Assembly (NCBI GenBank): GCA_040377305.1 | Contig: JBEIPA010000007.1 | Span: 64,001 to 128,000, forward strand | Source of the DNA: Flavobacteriales bacterium | GTDB lineage: Bacteria; Bacteroidota; Bacteroidia; Palsa-965 | DNA: 64,000 bases | Direction of reading: 5' to 3' | Part shown: piece by piece, positions 1 to 8,982 of the stretch | How the letters are laid out: the number at the start of each line of letters is the position of its first letter | Numbering within the stretch: position 1 is the stretch's first letter | Notes under the pieces: model-generated | What the model was told of the DNA's origin: nothing | Databases searched by the model: none | The model's input: only the letters and a program-made list of their open reading frames with translations | Program-made: the position numbers and the translations under genes

Positions 1-1778
1 AGCATTACAACCAACGCATTTCTCCAATCGCGGTAGAAGTGGAAGAACATACCTATTACGCCCAACAGGAAAGGAAGCATGTAGAAATTATTGTTTGCAG
101 CATGATCCCGCAAACGTGGTGGAGCTTTGTCCAGATCAACTCCGTACGCATCACCAATACCGCTCTGCCAGTTTCCGTCGGTTGCATTTCCGTGTCCTTG
201 AATGTCATTTTGTTTGCCACCAAAGTTCCACATGAAATAACGCCAATACATATGCTGTACCTGATAGTTCCAGAAATACGTAAGGTTCGCGCCCATTGTA
301 GGACGCTTATACGTTTTCGTTTCGCCGGTTTGCGGATCCAGGAGTTGGATCTTCGTGTGGTTCTTTTCAATTTTTCCCCACGCTTCGTATGGTGCAACGT
401 GACTGCTTTGATTCATCTCCCACATACGCGGGAACACAGTCGACATTTCTTTCGCGAATTTGTAATTGCTCTGCTTGCGTGCATCAACGATTACGTATTC
501 ACCTGAGTTTTCATCCAACTCATAAACCGGATTGCCGTCATCAGCATAGTCATCATCAGCACGTAAAGGCGCGTTGAAATATGGACCGTATGCAATTGGC
601 CAGTCGCCATATTGTTCACGATTCAAATACGAAAGCAATGAAATAGCGTTCTCCGGATTGTTTTCATCCATTGGTGTATTCGCCTGTGAACGAATAACGA
701 GAATCATGAATGAAGAATAGCCGATGAGCAACACGGTGAACGAAAGAAGAACGGTGTTCAGTACTGCGCGATTTGTTCTCAGCTTGTAACCGAAGTAAGC
801 TACGAGTGCAATAGTAACGAGTGTCATCAATGGCTTTCCGAATACTGCAGCGCCGATTAATGCGAAGAGGAAGAATGTACCACCTACAATCATGAATCGC
901 TGGAACAATTGCTGTCCACCACGTGATGTGTACATCAATCCGGTGACAATCATTCCAATGAGTAACACGGCGTAAATAATGGTTCCGAAATTCACAGGAA
1001 GCCCGAACGAATTCACGAACAATAATTCGTAGTTCGCAGCTGCACTTACAATTCCAGGGATAATTCCGTTCTGAACTGCAACGAGCAGACCCAATGCAGC
1101 AATGCCGGCAATAATTAATCCTTTACGTGTTGGAACGTTGCGCTTGAAGTAAACGATCATTACAATCGCCGGAATAGCAAGGAGGTTCAATAAGTGAACG
1201 CCGATAGATAGTCCCATCATGTATGCGATGAATACAATCCACTTGTCGGCTTTACCGGAATCATCTGCATCCCATTTCAGGATTGCCCAGAAAACGAGTG
1301 CAGTGAAGAAAGAGGACATTGCATAAACTTCGCCTTCAACAGCGGAGAACCAGAATGAATCGGAGAAAGTGTAAGCGAGTGATCCAACAATTGCAGCTGC
1401 AAAAATGGTCCACATGCTTGTTTCTGAAAGGTTACCACCTTCTTCCGGGTAACACGCTTTTGCAAGTTTGCGTCCCAACATGGTGAGCGTCCAGTACATG
1501 AATAGTATGGTAAACGCACTGGCCAATGCCGACATGACGTTTATCATCATAGCCACGTGAGCCGTGTCGCTCGCGAATAAAGTGAAGAAACGACCCAAAA
1601 GGAGGAAGAAAGGTGCCCCAGGAGGGTGTCCGACCTCTAATTTGTAGCTGCAGGCAATATATTCTCCACAGTCCCAAAAACTAGTTGTTGGTTCGATTGT
1701 TGAGCAGTAAGTGAATGCCGCAATTCCGAAGATAATCCAGCCTAAAACGTTGTTAAGCAGTTTGTAGCGTGATGCCAT
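1..1778 (-). CDS. DUF2723 / TMEM260-like (GT117-type) membrane glycosyltransferase, 5' part; runs off the left window edge
   Basis: Not in the ORF track because the stop lies outside the window. Read by hand from ATG at 1778: MASRYKLLNNVLGWIIFGIAAFTYCSTIEPTTSFWDCGEYIACSYKLEVGHPPGAPFF..., later FWFSAVEGEVYAMSS and GVHLLNLLAIP, which are the typical DUF2723 motifs. Many TM helices. Confidence 0.9.
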   Translation of the reverse strand, partial: MASRYKLLNNVLGWIIFGIAAFTYCSTIEPTTSFWDCGEYIACSYKLEVGHPPGAPFFLLLGRFFTLFASDTAHVAMMINVMSALASAFTILFMYWTLTMLGRKLAKACYPEEGGNLSETSMWTIFAAAIVGSLAYTFSDSFWFSAVEGEVYAMSSFFTALVFWAILKWDADDSGKADKWIVFIAYMMGLSIGVHLLNLLAIPAIVMIVYFKRNVPTRKGLIIAGIAALGLLVAVQNGIIPGIVSAAANYELLFVNSFGLPVNFGTIIYAVLLIGMIVTGLMYTSRGGQQLFQRFMIVGGTFFLFALIGAAVFGKPLMTLVTIALVAYFGYKLRTNRAVLNTVLLSFTVLLIGYSSFMILVIRSQANTPMDENNPENAISLLSYLNREQYGDWPIAYGPYFNAPLRADDDYADDGNPVYELDENSGEYVIVDARKQSNYKFAKEMSTVFPRMWEMNQSSHVAPYEAWGKIEKNHTKIQLLDPQTGETKTYKRPTMGANLTYFWNYQVQHMYWRYFMWNFGGKQNDIQGHGNATDGNWQSGIGDAYGVDLDKAPPRLRDHAANNNFYMLPFLLGVIGMFFHFYRDWRNALVVM

Positions 1779-1868
1779 GAGGGTCCTAAAATTTCAATGC
1801 GTTTGCCGGCGAAGATAGGGAATCTCGACCTTTAAGAACCGTTAAAAAGGGTTTCTAATGCTCAAAAT

Positions 1869-1899
1869 TTTGTGAAAAATAGGAATTATTCTATTTTTG
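1869..1899 (+). promoter_or_regulatory. Bacteroidota housekeeping-sigma promoter of tRNA-Gln
   Basis: TTTG (1869-1872), a 19-nt spacer, then TATTTTTG (1892-1899), matching the -33/-7 TAnnTTTG consensus just upstream of the tRNA. Confidence 0.75.
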
Positions 1900-1920
1900 C
1901 ATCCCCGTTAAAAGGGACAG

Positions 1921-1991
1921 TGCCCGATCGTCTAATGGCAGGACTTCAGATTTTGGTTCTGACTGTGTAGGTTCGAATCCTGCTCGGGCAA
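1921..1991 (+). tRNA. tRNA-Gln(TTG)
   Basis: Acceptor stem TGCCCGA/TCGGGCA, D-arm with TAATGGCA, anticodon arm TCAGA-TTTTGGT-TCTGA, T-arm GGTTCGAATCC. CCA is not encoded. Confidence 0.95.
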
Positions 1992-2133
1992 CATTACAAA
2001 CACTAATCCGCTCCCTATGGGGCGGATTTTTTATTTGCGAGTGGAACACGAGCTCGCTCGATGTTTCGCTTGCAAATAAAAAATCCGAGCGAGCGCTTTT
2101 CGCGCGAGTAGCGGATTAGTGTTTGTGATGTTG
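1989..2133 (+). repeat. Nested palindromic element after the tRNA, including a terminator-like hairpin at 2005-2032
   Basis: Outer 24-bp IR 1989-2012/2110-2133 (one G-T). Inner 26-bp IR 2023-2048/2062-2087 (three G-T). AATCCGC...GCGGATT followed by a T-run. Confidence 0.8.
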
Positions 2134-2139
2134 TGCCCC

Positions 2140-2422
2140 TCGTGAGCTTATAGGATCACGCGAGTAATCCTGCTGGTTATCATTCCTCGGTACAACAATT
2201 ATTTTTTCACAAGCTGCTCCGCAGACGTTTGCGTTTACTCGGACTGACAATTCACGACGGACCTTGTCAGACCGAGTAAGCGAACAGAAACGCGGAGCGA
2301 CTTGCCTAATGATTGCAGCTGTACCGAGGAATGACAAGAAGCTTCATGAGCTTTCCGGATCATGCAAATATATCCTGTTCGTATTTCTTTTACCGCGAGA
2401 TGACCCCACGCGGCAAAAGAAA
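2140..2422. repeat. Two-unit element: direct repeat + 155-nt hairpin + direct repeat + 39-nt hairpin
   Basis: Perfect 15-bp IR 2180-2194/2320-2334 with inner stems. Imperfect ~35-bp direct repeats at 2140-2174 and 2344-2379. Stem 2384-2397/2409-2422. Confidence 0.7.
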
Positions 2423-2481
2423 GAATGTGAATCAAGTTGCGGAGCAATTCCGTGTGTCGATTTGCAGATTGCAAGTATGCG

Positions 2482-4224
2482 CTACTGCTTCACAAACTGA
2501 AATACAGATCGAAATCCGTTTTCATCAATGAGTTCGCCAACATAAACTCCCGGAGCAAAATTTGAAACATCAATTTGTGCACTGCTGTTTTGAATCAGAG
2601 TACTGTAGACAATTTCGCCGAGCATTGAATGCACGGTTAGTTTTTCGCCGGCATGATCGCCCGTAATGTTTAATACTGTGCTCACCGGATTTGGATAAAT
2701 ATTAATCTGTCCAGAATCTGGATCATCAATTCCGGTCGCATGTGTTACATAGCGAACCAGAAACATGTTGTCGTTGCCTGACACTGGCAGCGTATGCGTT
2801 GCTGAAGACGGATCGAAGTCCAACGTGATATCGTAATAGCCTGACAAATACAGCTCTCCGGTGCTAGTTGCGTCAAGATGTGTTGCAAACGAATTTCCGT
2901 TGCCACTATTGGTGATTTCAATCCAACTATGAAAAATTCCGGCTGATGTGTATCGTGACACGTACATGCCAAGGGTAAATGCCGGACTTACAACTGCCGG
3001 TCCCGGATCTAAATCAGGCGTTGCAGTTTGGGTGATTGTGATGCGACCACATAGATAAACATCACCAAAGTTGTCAGCGACCAGACTTCCGACCGTTGTG
3101 TTTTCAACCTGGAAACTCCAGAGGTAGGCCCCAGTATTGGCCACATACTTAACGAGACACGTAGCACCATCACTGCTACCAGAGTAGTAAGGTACAACTG
3201 GTCCTCCGGGGTCCACATCATCAACAGGTCCTCCGAAGTTGAATGCAAAATACACACTACCTGAGTTGTCGCTTGATACCCGGCGTCCGATCACGCCTCC
3301 CCCTCCGGTAACCGAATTGACCCAACCAAAATTGCCATTGGGATAGTACCGCGCAACAAAAGCAGTCGTGTTATTAATTGTATTCACATTATACACCGCA
3401 GCTGATGGATCAAAATCAACAGTAGAAGGATTGGTAGCAGGGATACTTCCTGCAATATAAATCGAGCCAATGTTATCCGTGCTGACATCGTAGATTTGCG
3501 GTTGAGCAGAACCAGTTCCCTCTATTGTATTAGCCCGTACAAAATTTCCACCGGTGTTATACCATGCAATAAATCCATAGAAGCCGTAATTACTATTGGT
3601 GCCAGATGACGCGGGACCGGGATCGAAATCAAATGTATTCCCGTTAGGCACATAATAACCAACGACCACGATTTCTCCAGCTGGAGTAACAGTTAATGCA
3701 TGCGCTCGTCCCGCTTGTGGAGCAGCGCCCAACATAAAAGCCCAACGATAATTTCCCAGATTGTCGTAACTGGCGAGATAAATGTAATCCGATGCATTTG
3801 GGAATGATGAAAGCAAAGCAGTTCCCGGACCCGGATCAAAATCTACATTCGTAACGTTGGAGAGAAAGCCTGTGATGTAAATATTTCCTGCAGGATCAGA
3901 TGCAATATCATTCAGGTAAACGCCTGTACCGTTTCCATCGAGTTCAAAAGCCCAAAGGTAATTTCCATGATAGTCATAACTTGCAACGAAGGCACCGTTA
4001 GCACTGTTATTCGTGAGCACCTGGCTGCCGCTTCCCGGGTCAAAATCTCCGGATGCAAAGCCGACCATATGTCCTGCAATCACACTTTGATTGTTCGGCA
4101 GATGTGTGGAGCTCTGTGCATAAATCCAATTTGAAGTATTGGTGGTGCTGATTGCCCAATCGTAAATCTGGGCGTTCATATTTATCGAGCAAGCAAGTAT
4201 TGCACCGGCAAAAATCGTTTTCAT
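2482..4224 (-). CDS. T9SS type-A cargo protein with SBBP-like beta-propeller repeats
   Basis: Signal peptide, repeated DFDPGPG / D..GNIYITG motifs, C-terminal NIYPNP...DVSNFAPGVY...FVKQ CTD. Confidence 0.85.
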   Translation of the reverse strand: MKTIFAGAILACSINMNAQIYDWAISTTNTSNWIYAQSSTHLPNNQSVIAGHMVGFASGDFDPGSGSQVLTNNSANGAFVASYDYHGNYLWAFELDGNGTGVYLNDIASDPAGNIYITGFLSNVTNVDFDPGPGTALLSSFPNASDYIYLASYDNLGNYRWAFMLGAAPQAGRAHALTVTPAGEIVVVGYYVPNGNTFDFDPGPASSGTNSNYGFYGFIAWYNTGGNFVRANTIEGTGSAQPQIYDVSTDNIGSIYIAGSIPATNPSTVDFDPSAAVYNVNTINNTTAFVARYYPNGNFGWVNSVTGGGGVIGRRVSSDNSGSVYFAFNFGGPVDDVDPGGPVVPYYSGSSDGATCLVKYVANTGAYLWSFQVENTTVGSLVADNFGDVYLCGRITITQTATPDLDPGPAVVSPAFTLGMYVSRYTSAGIFHSWIEITNSGNGNSFATHLDATSTGELYLSGYYDITLDFDPSSATHTLPVSGNDNMFLVRYVTHATGIDDPDSGQINIYPNPVSTVLNITGDHAGEKLTVHSMLGEIVYSTLIQNSSAQIDVSNFAPGVYVGELIDENGFRSVFQFVKQ

Positions 4225-4289
4225 GGGTCAAGCGAATTGATGAAGCAATTTACAACATCAAGACGATTGACCCATGATTCGGTTGCCTC

Positions 4290-5615
4290 TTATTTCATCT
4301 CCCTCAACATCTTCACACTCATCCAACCTAAAATCAGAACAACCACGATAATCGCTCCCCAGATTGCGGCTTTGTTTTCGAGAATGGAAGTGGATTCAAC
4401 TTGCGCAATTGGTGCAGGTGCATTCGGTTGAGCATGCGGAGAAGTAGGAGGAGAGCCTGGCACAAATAATACTTCACGCGCTCCGGTTCCAATGATGGAA
4501 AGACGACTCACTGCAAGCTGATCGGCTTTGTAACGCACATCGTAACGAGGAAATGCAACACTGTCGTGACCATACTTGATGTAGTAGCTCTTTCCTTTTT
4601 CGAGATACGCGATGAGGTATTGCCGGATCTGAATCGGACGAATTGCATTTACAGTGAGTGGCTGATCATCTTCGTTCTCAATGTGCAGACACAAATGTTT
4701 GACGCGATGTCCGTAAAGAGCAAATTCGTTAAGTGAACCTTGCGATAAGATTGTTGACGACGTATGATTCGTTAGTGAACCATCACACGTGTGGGTTGAA
4801 TCAACTTCATACAAACGCGCACCACGGTGAAATGTTCCCGGAGCAATTGGTGACGACAAATCAAAACGGATGTAATCGATATACTGCAATTGAGCAAACT
4901 GAATATCGACCGCAGTGGTTTTTCCGAATTGCTTTGATGAGTAAGTCACTCCGGGAATTTCCATTTTCTGATTGGGAACGGATGCTGGATTTACATCGAC
5001 TAAACATCCGGCACGAACAATGTAAACGGGCGCTTCGTAGTAATCGTAATCGTCCCACCAATGCGACCACTCATCAAAAACGAATCGGTAGTAGCGGTAG
5101 TTGCTCAACGGAAAATCGAAGCGAACAATGTTTGTTGTCTTTGCTGCTCCTTGCTCGAACGATTCATAGAACGATGATGTGAATTCGTCTTTGATCGCGA
5201 ACCATTTCACGTTGTCGTAACTGCCGGAGAGAATCATATCGCGACTCACTTCGGTGTTGTTGACTTCAAGACAGAGGTGATCCAGATTTTCCGTTTTGTA
5301 CAATGGATTCTCGATAGTAATCCATGAGTTGTTCGGATGATCACGTTTACCGACTACGGGATATTCTACGAATCGCGTCGTTCCCTGAACAATCTGATCG
5401 CGACCTATGATATATGGAATTTCCTTGTCGTCCTGATCGTACAAACGCACATCGGGATAATCGTTGCGCATTTCTCCCGTTACTTCGGGCTGCAAAAGCA
5501 CGCGCACGTAACCGGAAGTATCGTGCACATTCACTGGCGACTTCCAACGGAAGTACTGTGCGTCCGCACTCGCTACGAGCGCGGACACACAGATTACACT
5601 AAGCAGTTTCTTCAT
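4290..5615 (-). CDS. DUF3999-like exported protein with C-terminal TM anchor
   Basis: Start reassigned to MKKLLSV (5615), which gives a signal peptide. DVRLYD..EIPY and YG....FPRYD motifs, C-terminal TM helix; overlaps the end of the DUF2339 gene. Confidence 0.65.
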   Translation of the reverse strand: MKKLLSVICVSALVASADAQYFRWKSPVNVHDTSGYVRVLLQPEVTGEMRNDYPDVRLYDQDDKEIPYIIGRDQIVQGTTRFVEYPVVGKRDHPNNSWITIENPLYKTENLDHLCLEVNNTEVSRDMILSGSYDNVKWFAIKDEFTSSFYESFEQGAAKTTNIVRFDFPLSNYRYYRFVFDEWSHWWDDYDYYEAPVYIVRAGCLVDVNPASVPNQKMEIPGVTYSSKQFGKTTAVDIQFAQLQYIDYIRFDLSSPIAPGTFHRGARLYEVDSTHTCDGSLTNHTSSTILSQGSLNEFALYGHRVKHLCLHIENEDDQPLTVNAIRPIQIRQYLIAYLEKGKSYYIKYGHDSVAFPRYDVRYKADQLAVSRLSIIGTGAREVLFVPGSPPTSPHAQPNAPAPIAQVESTSILENKAAIWGAIIVVVLILGWMSVKMLREMK

Positions 5616-8046
5616 TGATCGCTTCAGGATTGGTTTTTGAATCATCCATGAGAATCTTACGCAGCTTCTGATACATAAACGAAACTGTAAGCAAGATCAC
5701 GCCGCACAATACGAAGGCAACAATTTTTCCGCTTTGCGATTCGCCGAAGAATCCGAGCAGTGCAAGCTTCACAACAACTCCGCCCATGAGCACGAGTGAA
5801 ATGATTCGCACCTGGCGATTTTTGTTTTTCATGCCAATGATCATCAGCAAGAATGATGAAAGACCCCAGATAATCGGGAATCCGACTTTGTGGCTCATTG
5901 AAGTTGCGTTGTCGATATTAAACGGCACGTCATTGATTCTCCACGAAGGATTTTCCGGATTCAAACAATATGACATCACCATCGTGTGATCTAGTTCTGC
6001 ACTCAGAATGAAAATTGCAACGGCGCTGATGAACCACAAATACAATCGGCCGCTCTCACCAGTAGCCTTCACATTCTTATAGTAATCGATCAGCAACCAG
6101 GCTCCAAGCGCAATGATTCCTGCGATGTACACGTAGTGCATCATGAACGGACTGAATGCATTCGGCATTCCCAACAACCACTTGTCGCGCGCTGCAACCG
6201 TGGAGATATGCGGGAAGATTACAGTACTCGCAAGCATGATGATAGATGCGAACTTCAGCGTCCACGAGAAATACTCCAGCTTGAGGTAGTTCATGGACAA
6301 GCGCAGAGCTACGATAAATCCAACTACGTATGTTGCCCAGTAAACCGGCATCACTTTGAAGCTGTAGCCCGGCATAAGTTGGTGCGACATTTCAAAAAGA
6401 CCACCGAAGAACAGAATCACAACTGCGAATGAACTCAACAGCTTTCTGTAGTCATCGCGCGTTAAATTGCCAGCGATGAATTCGTCCTTATTTCTGCTAA
6501 GAAGCATTGAAGAAACTGCCAATGAAATCACCGCACCGATTGTCGTGATGAAACCTTTGTTCACGATGATACTCGAGTCTGCACCTGTAGCGTAAACAAT
6601 CGCCCAGTTGTAGAATGTGCTGAACACAAGTACGAGGTTCAGGATCATAGAGAACACTTTCACCACTTTCAGATTGCTGCGGTAGTAGAACCACAACAAC
6701 AATGCAGCTTCAGCAGCCCAGAAGAGCGTGATGTGATTTCCTTCGAGTTGTACCGGACCTGCAAGTGAAACGAATGTGATCACAAGTCCTACAAGGAAGT
6801 AAATCAGGTTTCGGTCAACTTCCTGTCGACGGAACAGCATGAACGCGAAGATGCAATTGAATGCAGCCACGAGCAGGGTGAACAGTCCTTTCATGGAATG
6901 CAACTCCATGTGGTGAAGCAAAAAGAAGCCTGCTCCATAGTACAAACCTGTGTTCGACAGCAAGCTGAGAATCTCAAACGCTTCGAACTTACGTTTCGCT
7001 TTCACGTTATTGATGATGTTCATCGTGAAGAACGTGAGGTAGAATAAGGTTGCAAACAGAAACGCTTCATGATCGTGCGCATGTGCATTCACCGACAAAT
7101 CTTTCGTTAACGCTGCTGCATAGAACAGAATCGTAAACAGAAACGAAAGAACCGTGATAACATTCCACTTCTTGAAATACGCGAGCAGCAACATGCCGAT
7201 GTCGAGTACAAGCATGTAGATACAAAGCACCACGAAGTTTCCTTCGCCGGTTCTTACCATGAGAGGAGATGCGAATCCGCCGATGATTGCGAGTATCGCC
7301 AGTTCTTTTCTATCGTACGCGACAGAAAGAAGAACGGTGAATAGCGTAATGACGACAAGAATTCCCAGCGCAACAGGTTGTTCGAATAGATGATATACCT
7401 GGAACGCATACGTGATTGTGAAATACAAAGCAGCGATACCACCACCCGCGAGTACAGAACTGAATGTGGTGTAGGATTTGCGCAAACGGTGTGCAACAGC
7501 AATCAGGATACCACCGGAAAGAATTCCGATTGCAGTTCTTCCGATTTCGTTAATCCATTCTTTATCGATTGCATATTTCACAAAGAATGCAATACCGATT
7601 ACGAGAATGGCGATACCGATGAACGTAATTAGTCGCTCACCAATGAATTTCTCGAGATCAGGATTCTTTTCGAAGAAACCTTTGGACTCTTGTTCCACAC
7701 GCGGTTTTGACTGAGGAATGTATTGCGACTTCAATTGCGATTGCTCGAATTGTTTCTTTTGTTCCTCGGACATAACGGGTTTAGCAGGTTGTTTAACCGA
7801 TTCTTGTGGTGGTGGTGGCGGTGTGTGTACTTGTTGTACCGTTGGCGGCGCAACCGGTGGATTGTACTGTGGTTGCACAACGGGAGGCACATAAGAGGGT
7901 GTTGGTGCGTTGTACGCCGGCTTCGGATTAAAGAAGCCGTTACTGCTTAGCATGTGATGAATTTCAATCAGGTTGTGTCGGATGTTTTCCGTTTGACTGT
8001 AAAGCTCATCCAGCTTCTTCTTCACATCACTGGGACGATCGGGCAT
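5599..8046 (-). CDS. DUF2339 family polytopic membrane protein
   Basis: Pro-rich N-terminus, LEKFIGERLITFIGIAILVIGIAFFVKYAI motif, LAIIGGFASP, about 20 TM helices. Confidence 0.85.
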   Translation of the reverse strand: MPDRPSDVKKKLDELYSQTENIRHNLIEIHHMLSSNGFFNPKPAYNAPTPSYVPPVVQPQYNPPVAPPTVQQVHTPPPPPQESVKQPAKPVMSEEQKKQFEQSQLKSQYIPQSKPRVEQESKGFFEKNPDLEKFIGERLITFIGIAILVIGIAFFVKYAIDKEWINEIGRTAIGILSGGILIAVAHRLRKSYTTFSSVLAGGGIAALYFTITYAFQVYHLFEQPVALGILVVITLFTVLLSVAYDRKELAILAIIGGFASPLMVRTGEGNFVVLCIYMLVLDIGMLLLAYFKKWNVITVLSFLFTILFYAAALTKDLSVNAHAHDHEAFLFATLFYLTFFTMNIINNVKAKRKFEAFEILSLLSNTGLYYGAGFFLLHHMELHSMKGLFTLLVAAFNCIFAFMLFRRQEVDRNLIYFLVGLVITFVSLAGPVQLEGNHITLFWAAEAALLLWFYYRSNLKVVKVFSMILNLVLVFSTFYNWAIVYATGADSSIIVNKGFITTIGAVISLAVSSMLLSRNKDEFIAGNLTRDDYRKLLSSFAVVILFFGGLFEMSHQLMPGYSFKVMPVYWATYVVGFIVALRLSMNYLKLEYFSWTLKFASIIMLASTVIFPHISTVAARDKWLLGMPNAFSPFMMHYVYIAGIIALGAWLLIDYYKNVKATGESGRLYLWFISAVAIFILSAELDHTMVMSYCLNPENPSWRINDVPFNIDNATSMSHKVGFPIIWGLSSFLLMIIGMKNKNRQVRIISLVLMGGVVVKLALLGFFGESQSGKIVAFVLCGVILLTVSFMYQKLRKILMDDSKTNPEAINEETA

Positions 8047-8082
8047 ATTGCGTGTTGTTGGTTCCTGGTTGGTTCACTTTAA

Positions 8083-8120
8083 TAAGACCTTAAAGGTTTT
8101 CGAAAACCTTTAAGGTCTTA
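8083..8120. repeat. Perfect 38-bp palindrome (REP-like)
   Basis: TAAGACCTTAAAGGTTTTC/GAAAACCTTTAAGGTCTTA, in the leader of the DUF2339 gene. Confidence 0.85.
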
Positions 8121-8606
8121 CTGTGTGAACGATTCTACGGTCAACGTTACGCAAGGTTTTCGTGAAAAAAACCCAACCACCATTTCGTGTGATGGCGAAA
8201 ACGATTGAAATTTCACCTACCGATTTCCGATATGGTGCTGATAATTAAGCAAGTGTTTAGTGTTCGGAAAATATATTATGCATGCATAGTTTTAATACAT
8301 TTTAACTAGCGGAGGCCTCACTGACAAATTCGCGACATTTTGCGCGACGCGATAAATACTAAAGTGTGTTCTTGCTTTATTGTTTATCGCAAATTGGAAC
8401 GCGGATTTTTATGCCCATTGTTTTCCAGTACTTCTCGCGGATCATTCATGTGTATACTTCGACTAAAAATTTGATCTAATGAGATACGTTTAAGTTTATC
8501 TCATAGTATCCAATACCGGACACGATCTATCAACCGCACTGATCCGAGTGCACCGCTAGCACCAAAAGCACGTCAAAATCCGCGTTCTATGGGGAAAGGA
8601 AATCGT

Positions 8607-8614
8607 TAACTTTG
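8607..8614 (+). promoter_or_regulatory. -7 promoter box of the panD operon
   Basis: TAACTTTG ends 8 nt before the panD ATG (near-leaderless transcript). Confidence 0.6.
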
Positions 8615-8622
8615 TCGCCGCT

Positions 8623-8979
8623 ATGATTATCCAAGTGATGAAGTCCAAAATTCACCGTGTTCGGGTTACCGAAGCGGATCTGAATTATATCGGAAGTATT
8701 ACCATTGACGAAAACCTGATGGACGCTGCTAATCTCATCGAGAATGAGCAGGTACACGTGTTGAATTACAGAAACGGTGAGCGCATCATCACGTATGTGA
8801 TCAGAGGTGAACGCGGCTCCGGAGTTATTTGCCTGAACGGTCCTGCAGCTTTGAAATTCTCTCCGGGAGATGACTGTATTGTGATTTCTTACTGCGACAT
8901 GGAATTTGAGACGGCGAAGAAATTCAATCCGTCTGTGATTTTTCCGGATGTCAACAAGAGCAACCAGCTTAACAAGTAA
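8623..8979 (+). CDS. panD: Aspartate 1-decarboxylase
   Basis: KSKIHR, YIG-SITID autocleavage site, NGERIITYVI, CLNGPAA. Confidence 0.97.
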   Translation: MIIQVMKSKIHRVRVTEADLNYIGSITIDENLMDAANLIENEQVHVLNYRNGERIITYVIRGERGSGVICLNGPAALKFSPGDDCIVISYCDMEFETAKKFNPSVIFPDVNKSNQLNK

Positions 8980-8982
8980 GCA

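Noticed and set aside
39-1677. Short ORFs listed in the track at the window start
   Set aside because: They are shadow frames of the DUF2723 gene, which the track missed because it is truncated by the window edge.
1921-1991. tRNA-Gln as integration site of a genomic island
   Set aside because: No integrase, and I found no direct-repeat copy of the tRNA 3' end in the window.
2180-2334. Long hairpin as a retron msr/msd or a ribozyme
   Set aside because: No reverse transcriptase nearby, and I could not match hammerhead, twister, pistol or hatchet core sequences.
8411-8479. 22-codon ORF MPIVFQYFSRIIHVYTSTKNLI inside the IR-bounded segment
   Set aside because: Too short, with no promoter, terminator or compositional support.
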